DNA of 64,000 nt from Dimorphilus gyrociliatus (Eukaryota > Animalia > Annelida): NCBI GenBank assembly GCA_904063045.1, contig CAJFCJ010000006.1, positions 2,098,946 through 2,162,945 on the forward strand, in the 5' to 3' direction. The position numbers and the translations under genes are program-made. This document shows, in pieces, positions 24,064-38,886 of the stretch (position 1 is the first letter of the stretch; each line of letters begins with the position of its first letter). The notes beneath the pieces were generated by a model, which searched no databases, had not been told where the DNA came from, and saw only the letters and a list, made by a program, of their open reading frames with translations.

Positions 24064-27000
24064 AAAGTAAAGTTATTTTTATACGCTTTCAACTTTTTTC
24101 CTTTTTATCTTACCTTTTTCAATGTTTCCATTAAAGCATCATCTGAAATTTCATCGCTTGGAGCTCTAATTCCAGGTGTTGAGAATGTAACTTGAACTAC
24201 TCGATTTCTAAATCTGTCTAGTTTTTTCTTTAAATTCTCCAAATCAATTCGTGTTTGCCTCTCTGCTCTTTCCATATCGGCAAATTTTGAATTGGACTTT
24301 TCTACCTCCAATTGGAATTTTCTTTGTTTCTATAAATAGATTTTAAATTAACAACCCCCGTTATATGACGTTATATTATATTATTACATCTATTTCTTCC
24401 TGGAGAGCAGTCTTTGTTTTTTCAATCTCAGATTTTAAATCGTTATTTAGAGTCATTTGATCCTGTAAATGGGACTCCGTGTCCTTGAATTTCTATATTA
24501 ATATAAAGAAAATTATATCCCATAATAAGGATTATAGATCGTAAACTATAAATATAAAATAGGCTTTTCTAACCTGTCTCAGTAGAGCTAGCTCCTTATC
24601 CTTATTGTCCTGTTCGTCGATAACCTTCCTATCCTCAGTGACTTTTTGATACTAGATTGTTAAGATAAATAGTTTATTTTATAAGCCCAATAGTTTTTTT
24701 TATTAAAAAACTATAATCAATACTAAAAAGATGTTTGTTCTATTTGTTTGTCTGTCTGTTTGTTTGTTTGTGTTTGTCAAAAAGATATTGTAAAAATTAT
24801 GTACATATATATATATATAACATTTGATATATTAGTATTACTTGTTACTAAATAGGTGAGGACATTAAAGGTATGTGGATGAATGAATAGGGGAAGGGAA
24901 GGAGTGGAATTGGTAGTGTTAAAAATATAAACATTGAATAGTATTTTGTGGATAAATCAAAGATTAAAAGTAGTCTTCCTAAAAAAAAGAGACAGTTTTC
25001 TGAACAAAAATGGCTGATTATAAAAAAATTGACAAAAATTGTAAAAAGCGTGCAAAAAAGACAGAGAGAGAGAGAGAGAGATGAAAATTAGATGGGATTA
25101 GATATTTATTTAAATTATTTTGCTGTTAATTATCTGATATTTTCAAAGGGGAATTTTGTCAAAAAAAAAAAGAAGAATCTTGATCCAATGTTTGATTTGA
25201 ACTGGTTGAAATAATGATGTTTCTTACCTCAAGAGTCTGAACCTGGATGGACATCATCGGACATTTCACAGCAAACAATAACATGTATGGAAAAGTTGTA
25301 AGCATTGCATTTAATTAATTTTATCATGCAAAAACAACAAAATAAACAAAAGAACTAGGAAAGTGCACATAATTTTGTTCTACTGTTATTTTGTTTGTTT
25401 GTTTTGTTATTCTCTGTAGAACAAAATAAGTAAAGCAACTTTTCAAAAAGTTTGTTAAACAATTTGATTGAAAAGACAAACTTTTACATTTATATTAATA
25501 ACTATAAAATATAGTTTAGTAGGTTAATTGGCCTTTTTATATTTACAGCGCATAGATTACAAACCTTGCTTTGCATGGCATTTAATTGTCCCTCCTTTTC
25601 CTTGTTTTCAGCTCTTAGATTTTCTACTTCTCTAGCTAAACGACTTATTGATGTATCTTTTGCAGTCATATCTTTTTGAATTTGAGATAGGACGCTATTT
25701 GTTAAATTCTTTTCCTTTCTTATTCTTTCAATCTCTGATTGTAGTCGAGATATCTCGAGAACTTTTTCATTGTATTCCTGCTTCGATATTGCTCCATTTT
25801 CGCTTTCGGATGAGCTTAACTGTTGAATTCGATCTCTGAGACGAGTTATCTGAAGAAAGTGTTGAAAGAGTTGTAAATTTATAATCAATTATTCAATAAA
25901 TATATAGTTTTACTTCGTCCTCTTTCAGAGCGATAGCGTTTTCCAGTTGAGAAACTTTATTGTTTAGGTCGTTATCAGTTGAGACAACTGTTGTAGATTT
26001 TATCTGAGCATCTCTTAACTTTGACTGGAGATCAACTATTTCATTTTTTAGTTGTCGGACTGTATTCTCCCTTCTAGTCAATTCTACTTCTGTAATTGTC
26101 AATCGTTTGACGTCATTTTGCAATTGAATAATCAATTGTTCCTTAGCGTTGAGTTGGTCTTGAAGATTCTGTTGTATGGCTTGCGCAGAAGGACGAGATG
26201 TAGGTCCTGGTCCTATCCAGCCGTTTGTTCTTTCCTGGCTTGCTTTCGTCCTTTGAATTACGTTGGAAGCGCTTGCAGGTCTTTGTCGAAGGTTTGGCGG
26301 ACGAGGTAAAGGAATTTGTTGACTCGTCGTCCAGGTTGTTGAATGAGTGGCAACAGCATTGTCTAGAGTGGGAAGACCCCTAGCCGAATCTGTTTGCATA
26401 GGCCTATGAGGATAGGGAGCCTCTTCTATAACAGTTATCGGTTGATTCCAAGCAGTCCTCTGTCTAACAGGCGGATACGCAACCTAAGAAAAAAAGGCCT
26501 ATTTGAAAAATCGAATCTTACTGAATAGTTATAATGTCTATAAAGCAAGTGTTAACTAACGAAAGGTTTTGATAAGAGCAACCAAAAAATGCTGCTCTTT
26601 CTAAATATGCTAAACAAAAAGAGGGCCACTCCCATTCAAAAGGGTACAAATTGAATAATAAAAGAATAAGAGCCTCTTCTTAATAGCAGCGTCAGAGTAA
26701 ATTTGAAAGTGATATTGACCTTGCAAACTATTAGATATTTTAAATTCTTCTGAAAATATAATCTGTCTCTCACTCTCACTTTTACTCTTCGTCTTCCTCA
26801 GGAGATTATCTTAATGAGGATTAAACAGGAATTATCAACTATATGGATACATTTTTTTAAAACATATATTACTATACAAAGTACACTCGGGCAATTGCCG
26901 ATTGTATCTGTGAATGAGTAGGAAGTTTAATAAAAATATGGCAAAAATAATCTTTTAAGTAATAGGCATGCCATGATTATCTTATATACTAAACTTTCAA

Positions 27001-27677
27001 AACGTAAAGTACTGTTGAAAATTCACCCGGGAAAAATGAATCCATAATAGTTTTTTGTATGATTGAAGATAATGAAATGTATAGCCTAGAAATGACTACA
27101 TTTAAGTATTGGACAGATATAAATCGATTAAAATATATATATATATATATATATATATAATAAATAGCTCATATATGCTCTTAATTTGCGTTTTATAGGC
27201 TAAATATATTGAGGTACTATACCGGAATCCAAGTCTGAAGCTAGAAATGAAGTCAAATTTTTAAATATATCAGCCTACTAGGAAACTAATTTAAATTACT
27301 TTGGAATCATATTCGACTTCTAGTTCGTACGCTTCTCCGTTAAAGCCGAAGCGAATGATATCGCTAGGAGCCAATCTCACAGCCGCGTTCTGAATTCTGC
27401 AGTCGTTCACATAAGTCCCTTGAGCAGTATTTAAATCTTGGAGAACGAAACAATCTTCTGAATCGCTAAATTCAATTATGGCATGTTGTTGATCAGTTCC
27501 AGGTGTCTGTTGAAAAAATTATTTCAAATTTAGAAATTGTTTCTTCCATATCAACATTCTATTATTTTGTAAGGTTACTACCGCAACAACAAGATCACAG
27601 CCTTCCCTGCCGACGGTTGTTATCTTCGGTCCTAACTGAAAGACACCTCTGTCTTCGCACTTCAAGTATCCTCTCAT
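19728..27677 (-). CDS. FHAD1: Forkhead-associated domain-containing protein 1 (N-terminal FHA, long coiled coil), many exons
   Basis: N-terminus MRGYLKCEDRGVFQLGPKITTVGREGCDL|TPGTDQQHAIIEFS..CFVLQDLNTAQGTYVNDCRIQNAAVRLAPSDIIRFG matches the FHAD1 FHA domain. Coiled-coil exons match ORFs at 25893, 25502, 24105, 23790, 21505, 20813 and 20143; LGAQCRGERHEQ.I.RQREALAELRARIK. The last exon is approximate. Confidence 0.88.
23371..23465. promoter_or_regulatory. GC-box cluster inside the large FHAD1 intron
   Basis: CCCGCCC 23378-23384, GGGCGTGG 23402-23409, CCCCGCCC 23425-23432, GGGCGTGT 23450-23457 in otherwise AT-rich DNA. Confidence 0.5.
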
Positions 27678-27814
27678 AGTTCAATCATTCAATCTAAGAT
27701 TGATTTAAAAAGATTTTCCACTTTAATAATTGATAAGTAGCCCGGTAAAGTTTGTAGATTAAACTATTTCTTAGGCCAACGCATGCGTGTGGGCGCCTAA
27801 CAACAAAACACTCA

Positions 27815-27823
27815 CATGGCAAC
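27815..27823 (-). promoter_or_regulatory. RFX X-box half site upstream of FHAD1
   Basis: GTTGCCATG on the minus strand, ~140 nt upstream of the FHAD1 ATG in the divergent FHAD1/SRM promoter. Confidence 0.5.
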
Positions 27824-28001
27824 GACGCTACGACTTTCGTAAAAATGATAAATAAAATGAAAGCAGTTCATTAAGATTAATTATTCTAAAGTGTTTTTTT
27901 AATTTTAAGCTAAAATCATTTAAAATTTATTAGAGATTAATAAAATTTAATTACGAAACACTTCTCAACCCTGAAGGAGCCCACGTGCTATTTTTGAAAA
28001 G

Positions 28002-29361
<1,360 letters not shown>

Positions 29362-29554
29362 ATCTTGATGCTGAATTATCGTTCAAGGGACGGCATAGTG
29401 ACTATGATTTAAGATAATTACTCTTTATGTTTCATAATTGTCTTAAAAAATATAAAAAATGAAAATAAAAATAAATTTATGTTTTACATGATAACGTAAT
29501 TAAAAGCTTCCAAGCAATGTAATTCTCAGCTATCTCCAAAGTCTTTTCAAAAGG

Positions 29555-30340
29555 CTACCTGTTAGAATTAGGTTTTTCGTCTCCAGATGCAGAGTCTGAC
29601 CTAAGAATAAAAAAAAAAACAACTTTACTCTTTCAATTCGTCAGGTACTGTATATTTATGAATAATCAGAATATTCTTGTAAAATTGAGACCTAGAACTA
29701 GGGTGACTAATGACAATTATTGAAAAAAATAAAATGTAAATGAAAACTGCAGCAATTTCTTCTTCATTTTCTCAGTATCAAGGTGACAACACGGACTTAC
29801 TTTTCATTTTCCTCAGAACCGAATATTCGTAGTCGAGCTTCCTTATATTCTTGCTCTCGCTGTTCAACACTCTTCCATGTTGATGGTGTTTTTTGAGTCA
29901 AATTTGTTTCATTCTTCGGTCGTTCCTCGGGAGATCTTCTTAATATTCTTACTTGAGGTGTATATTGGGTTCTGTCTGTATCTTCTCTTAATATTCTATT
30001 GATAATATAATTTTTAATTATAGACTCTTCATTATAAGAAAAATGAAAAAAAATACATACGTTGGTTTTGTGGATTCTTTCCTAGCTTTAATATTAACAG
30101 AAGTGAAATTTGGCTTTGTATTATTCAATTTATTCTGTAATTCCTGTTTGAATCGGATGAATCGGTAAGATAGGAGGAAAAAATGCAATTAATCACATAC
30201 AAATTTACAAAAGTATTCTTTTATTTAATAGAAAAATATTATATAAATCAATAGAAACGTTAATATGATAAGAAAAAAATTAAACTAACGTCATTTACGT
30301 CTAAATCTTCCCAACTTTCGACTTCATGATTTTCCGCCAT
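29555..30340 (-). CDS. SZRD1: SUZ-domain protein, SZRD1-like
   Basis: Four exons: MAENHEVESWEDLD|...|PQVRILRR...KSVEQREQEYKEARLRIFGS (SUZ motif)|SDSASGDEKPNSNR*. Confidence 0.75.
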
Positions 30341-30800
30341 ATTGCTCAGCTTTGCTCGAACTTCAAGATAGTATACTTCAGTACATTATATTTTATTGAC
30401 GTAATAAACCTATTGCAATCTGAATATAAAATTTACAATCGAATCAACAAAATTTTTTAGAAATATTTATACTGAACATTTATGCAAAACTTGAAAGTGT
30501 AGTTTAATTATAAGTTTATTACATTCATAAATTGCTTCTACACTAAAATCAATATCAATCTTTAATGTGACATTGTCAAGTTATAGACGTTTCTTTCGAA
30601 TTTTCCTACGAATTTTCCTTCAACTATCAACAATTCTGCTAAAATAGGATTACTTGCCTCCTGATTTCAGTATCTTGTACATAGTATTCTCTCACTTATG
30701 AATTAGTCATGTGACCATAAATTTTTTTTTTATTCCGTATAGCCTCATTTATAGGTAAAAAGGTGGAGGGAACAGGTAACCGGACTAATAGAAATTGGTT

Positions 30801-31945
30801 ATGGCGTCTGAATTGAGTGACGGAGCGACAGAAACTAACATGTCTGAACTAACTGACGAAACTTTGGGTCGTGATAATCCGGCTTTTGCTGGAGCAACCC
30901 TCCAAATTGAAGATCCCGAAAAGACCAGTGATGATCCAGTCCCAGATGTTGAATTTAAAGGTACAAACTTTGAAAGAAATATACCAAGCCGAATGAGCAC
31001 CATATCAACAACGTCCAGTCGATCTAGTCGAACATCTATGAAGAGTGTAAAATATCCTGAGCATACAAAGAAAGATTATTTTTGCAAACGAGATGGAACT
31101 TTCGAGAAGGCCCAAGAACATTGTCTAACTGCCGTTGTCAACCCTCAAATCGATGGAAAGTTTATATCAAGTTGGTTGCTAACTGAAATTGATCACTGGG
31201 ACAACGAATCTGAACGAATTGTACTCTTATGCGAAGAGTCTATTTTAATCACCCGATATGATTTTGTTAAATTGGAAGCGTTAGGTAAATTTTTTACAAC
31301 CCTTTATAGGATTTACATAAAAATAGATATTCGAATAAATTATTATTCAGCACATGAAGTTGAATCACCAACATAAGTTTTTTTTTTAATCCTAACTTCA
31401 GTGCTTGTTTAAGCTACTTGTCGAAATTTAATGATTTTCTTTTCAAACTATAGACGCTAAACGTATTATGTTGGCTCATATCAAAAAAATTCAAGTCGGT
31501 GACCTCACTTATCCTCCAAGTAGTTGGATGCCAGCAAGAAATCATGGTGGTGTACGAATAATCTGGAATGAGAACGCGCAACCTTCATTCGCCCAAAGAT
31601 GGAATCCGTTTTGTAAAACTATTCCCTACGTAACATTAATTCATCATCCACTAATATACCACGATAAAGAAGAAGAGACTCTCTACTATAATGTTGATGA
31701 ATTTTTTGAAAGTCTCATAGACGCCGCTAATAAAAGTTTCAAGGTAAATAAAACACTTATTGAATGGTTAACATGAATATAAATAAACCCTTTTTAAATA
31801 ATTAAAATAGGGACAAAATAGCGGATCGTTTGTTCAAGTTGAAGAATCTCCAATAATGATTGAATGCTATACTGGATTAACATCAGTAATCTTTAATCAA
31901 AGTCATTTGGGATTCTCAAGAGAGCGTGGAGGAGTAAGCTTCTAA
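30801..31945 (+). CDS. TPRG1L: Tumor protein p63-regulated gene 1-like protein (hSac2 domain)
   Basis: WLLTEIDHWDNESERIVLL, RWNPFCKTIPYVTLIHHP, C-terminal GLTSVIFNQSHLGFSRERGGVSF; three exons. Confidence 0.88.
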
Positions 31946-32009
31946 GTTTCTTCGTTGTAAAATAATGATATAATTTATACAGTATATACATATATCTGCA
32001 TGTATGTTA

Positions 32010-32068
32010 ATACTATTACTATTACTATTACTATTACTACTAATACTACTACTTCTACTACAACTACT
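32010..32068. repeat. (TTACTA)n/(CTA)n microsatellite
   Basis: Direct reading; it explains the poly-Leu ORF 32004..32213. Confidence 0.9.
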
Positions 32069-32568
32069 CTTATACATAATTAATATGGAGAGAAATATTT
32101 CTTTTCTCTATACAATGCTGCATAAAATTGTTTTGTTCATTTTCTTTCAAAATGTCTGTGTTTGCTGTGATATGATAAATGAAGATCTGCTAAATGGAGT
32201 TAATTCTCACTAGTTACTTAATGTGATATCATTAACACAATATTTTATGCAAAATATTAAATAAAATAAAATATTAAAAAGTGATAATCATTACGCTCGC
32301 TGTTTAATTTTGTTTGTTCTTCTTTAAGTTAACAATTGTTCCACCACTGTCTCTCCACCATTTGTTTGGTTTAGGCGGTTTATTCAAATTATATTTTAAA
32401 TAAATCAATTGCTTATATGGAACTGAGATTTAAAAATATATATTTATATAATGTTCATTTTAGTAGGGTGTAGAAGGTTTTTGATTAAAAATAAGAGAAA
32501 AAATTGGTCACCAAACCCCCTGCGCCTAAAAAAATCCCCCGTCTCTCCCCAAATACAACGCCCTTTGA

Positions 32569-32576
32569 TGACGTCA
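32569..32576. promoter_or_regulatory. CRE/ATF palindrome upstream of EFHD2
   Basis: TGACGTCA (extended ATGACGTCAT) ~190 nt upstream of ATG 32762. Confidence 0.5.
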
Positions 32577-32761
32577 TCTTGGCCTTTGGAAACCCAGTGT
32601 AAAATAGGCGTACTACATATATTCTGACTCATAGTTGGAAAGGCCAAACAGGAAGAAAGATAGTTTTCGGTTGTTTAGCAAAAAATCTTGTTATAATCCT
32701 TTAGCAGCTAAGTATTTGTTGCTGTATATTTGATACATTCTAACCTATAAACGGCGAAGAA

Positions 32762-34220
32762 ATGGCGGACAATGAACTGGCTGTAAAATTGCAAAGAAGA
32801 AATGAAATTAATGAAGGAGAAAGGGCTGTTGAAATATCATCTTCGACTGTTTTTAATCCTTACACAGAATTTCCAGAGTTTTCTAGAAAGCAAATAAAGC
32901 ATTTTGAATATCTCTTTAAGAAGTAAGTAATCAAATTATTTAATAGACCAATTTAATGAATACTTAATAAGGTGATACGAAATTTTACTTTTCCTGATTG
33001 ATAAGAGGAATTGGATTACAAATTCAAGCGATTTTTGATAGAATCTTAATTATTATCATTTTTTTTCTTCATAATTAAAACAGATATTTGTTTGGATATT
33101 AAAAAAAAATATTATAAAAGCTAATATTTTAATATAACAAAAAGAAAGAATTGTTCTTTTATACTGCTATTGAAATGGATAAGAATTTACATTATTCCCT
33201 ACAATGATTCAATGATATAAATTATTCATTAACTCTATATTGTTTAGGTATAAACATCTTATTGATTATATATTATATTCTATCTTTCCCTTGATAAAAT
33301 ATAATCAAGGATTCACAGCCAAATACTTATTTTCCACACTTTAAACTCATTCTGCTTTTCGGTTTTATTAATAGATTCGTATCTATTTGTAAGACCTATG
33401 ACCTTTTTTTTTTACAACTTATTTTCATAGGCTTATACACCTTATTTAAATATTATATACTTTAGGTGATGGTTCTATAGGTCTGCTATAATACAAACTT
33501 TTTCGATAGCCAAAAGATGTCGCTTCTAGTGCTAAGTTGATTCTGTTTTAGTTTTTACTGTATAAGAACAATATGAATATATATTACAAATATTCAAGGG
33601 AATATTTATTTTGATATTTATTAAAATAAACAAATAGATTTGACGTCTCCAAAGACAAGTTCATAGATTTTGAAGAGATGAAGCGTCTCATGGAGCATAT
33701 TGGAGCACCGCAAACTCATTTGGCTCTTAAGGCAATGATAAAGGAGATCGACGAGGATCATGATAATAAAGTTAATTTTCGCGAGGTATATGCCAAATAA
33801 TAAATTAAAAGTGAATTATAAATGATATTAACCATTATTAGATTTCGAATGATTTTATACTTCTTTGTTTAAAAAACAGTTCCTGCTAATCTTTAGAAAA
33901 GCAGCCTCCGGAGAATTTGATAGTGGTAGTGCTTTTTATGAAATTTATAATAACCTGAGTGAGATCGACGTCGATAAGGAGGGTGTTACGGGTGCAAAGG
34001 GTTTTTTTGAGGCCAAGGTTTCTATTTTTCAAAGACAATATTCACAATTAAAATGCTACTAGATTTATATTTATTTGTCAATTAGATAAAAGAGCAGGCA
34101 AAAGCTAATAAATTCGAAGCAGAAATAAAAGAGGAACAAGAGGAAAAGAAGAGATTGGAAGAAGAGAAGAAACAAAGAAGGGCTGAATTTAAGGCTAAAG
34201 CTAACCTCTTTAAATCATAA
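32762..34220 (+). CDS. EFHD2: EF-hand domain protein D (swiprosin)
   Basis: Four exons: VFNPYTEFPEFSRKQIK, GAPQTHLALKAMIKEIDED, FLLIFRKAASGE, SEIDVDKEGVTGAKGFFEAK, C-terminal coiled coil. Confidence 0.95.
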
Positions 34221-35684
34221 AATTAATTATTGAAGTGCTTATTGAAATAGTTGAAATAAATAATGTACTTTCAACTTCCTACTATTCCATTTTGCAATAA
34301 GATCCGAAATAATCCAATTTTAATACATAAAGACTTTATTTTTATCAGTCAAGTTTTCGGTGCAAATGACATTCATATATAAATCTATATAGTGTATTTT
34401 AGTTAACCAGTTAATACAATATTGTATGACGTTTTCTGTGACAGTTTGTTTTTTAAATAACAATGTAAAAAGTTTCGTTTTTCGACAGGAAAAAAGAAAA
34501 AAAAGATAGAAATGTATTTGTTAATTAATAGGGAGATATTTTTTAATTAGACAAAATATTTTCAGTTTATTACATTACATAGTACTTTCATTCCTCTCTC
34601 TCTCTCTCTCTCTCTTTAGTTTGTCTTTTAAAGATGAGAAATACTCAAAGTGGAATGTTTATCATTTTTGAGTAAAAAAGTGTAAGAAAAAAGAAAACAA
34701 ATCTGCCTTTTGTTCCTACTAGAGAAATGTCCACCTTATTGGAATTTTTATTTGTCGGAATATTTCCTACGACGTAGCGTTTTTGGAAAAAATTCGTCAT
34801 TGTAATTTCCATTATGGACGTTTCTCTAGAAGAATATTTGTTAAAATCGTAATTGTATTTTAACGTCAGCTGCTAGGCTGTCTTTGCTGTACAGTTGTCT
34901 CTGAATTCTAAGAGAGAAGAATAATTGTCTAGTATTGTACTTATTATATTTGCTAAATAATTTACCTCGAAGGAAGTTGGTTGATGGGTTGTAAAACCAC
35001 TACCAACACCACCACCACTTCTAGCCAACTGTCAGTAAGACTTGACGTTTTCCTCCTCGTGTTGTTCATATTTCGGAGGCTTGTCTTGGCCGTTACCGCA
35101 GCAAATTGATCTTATTTTGTCGACGACATACGTACAACCTGAAGCATCCAATACATAAATAGGATATTAGCACAGAAAAAGATAGAATAGCAACCTTTTA
35201 TTATTAATCAGCACATAATTGAAGAATAGCTTCTGAAACTGGCAGTAAATATGCCCTAATCAGAAATAATAATTAGAAAATTATATGGTTTTTTTTTCCA
35301 AGTTGATAATTTAGGACATTGAAATGTCACTCGATTTATGCAATGCAGAAAACACCAACAATGTATTTACGTTTAAGGATTTTTATTCTAATAGACTGGC
35401 CTAACGTTCAAGTTTCGATTCTTTAATTCTATAAAGAATTTGGAACCCAGGTCCAGATTATAATTATCAGTCGATATTACTCAGGTCACGTATTTGAACT
35501 TGAACAGGTTCATAGTTATTCTTCTTACTTAAAAACATGTTCAATACTAATTTTAACTCGAAAAATTAGAAAGTATTTGATAATTTAACGATAGTACCAT
35601 ATTACACTATAACAATATCAATCATTAGCAAATGTACCATGTCATTGACCAATTTTCTTGATTTGGTAATATTCTTAAAAAACT

Positions 35685-35698
35685 ATTTCTATGGCAAC
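35685..35698 (-). promoter_or_regulatory. X-box-like (RFX) motif
   Basis: GTTGCCATAGAAAT on the minus strand, close to GTTGCCATGGCAAC. Confidence 0.45.
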
Positions 35699-35770
35699 CA
35701 ATTACTAACAAGCGGAACTGTACGAATGATAGTTGTAGATATTTAGCATGCATAAGTTCAATAGAGAGAA

Positions 35771-35801
<31 letters not shown>

Positions 35802-36147
35802 TACAGAGAGACAGAAAGGTGATTGTTGATTTGAAGTAAACAAATTTTATAAAGAAAATGATACAATATCAAATGGATAAAAACGTATTAAAGTAACAGA
35901 AAAAGGTACCTTATTAGCTTTATAGAGAAAAAAAAGGGTGAAGAGAGAAATGAAAAAATATATATTAAAGTGAAAAAATGTTTATTTGATGTTCTTTTAA
36001 CAAAATATTAATTATTATAATAAATTATTAATTGCCTATAAATGTAGTTCATAGATGTAAATTAAACGTTTTTATTATTATTGTTATAATGCGTTTATAA
36101 GTATAAATATATATTTATATAATGAAAAGTTTAGTTTAACTTGAATA

Positions 36148-36323
36148 TGACGTCAAATGAAAGTTTTTATTAGAATTCTTTGTTTTTAGGGAAAGATGGC
36201 TTTATAAAAAAAAGTTATTAAATGCTTCTGATTGGAGATTTTAATCTACTTGATTGGCTTATTCGATGAAATTATCATGTTAGATTGCATTTCCTGCTTT
36301 TAAAAGGAATTTTTGTGACGTCA
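36148..36323 (+). promoter_or_regulatory. Guanylate cyclase promoter with two CRE palindromes and two inverted CCAAT boxes
   Basis: TGACGTCA at 36148-36155 and 36316-36323; ATTGG at 36231-36235 and 36253-36257; ATG at 36489. Confidence 0.5.
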
Positions 36324-36488
36324 TAGGAGTCTCAACAGGGCATCTAATAGATGAGAAGACATGGGCGGCTTGTTCTGATGTAGACTGCGACTTTTTGCAG
36401 TCGACAACGGGTTTTACATTCGTTTAGTGCTCACGATATATCTTACACTGAAAAAGATATATATAATCATTGAATAAATGGTGTTATT

Positions 36489-38886
<2,398 letters not shown>

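Noticed and set aside
33248-33470. Long open hydrophobic frame after an AG in EFHD2 intron 1
   Set aside because: Composition is typical of T-rich intron DNA, with no similarity to EF-hand sequence and no matching donor.
35625-35843. 72-aa ORF (CLSVCLSL...)
   Set aside because: Produced by (GA)n/(GACA)n microsatellites.
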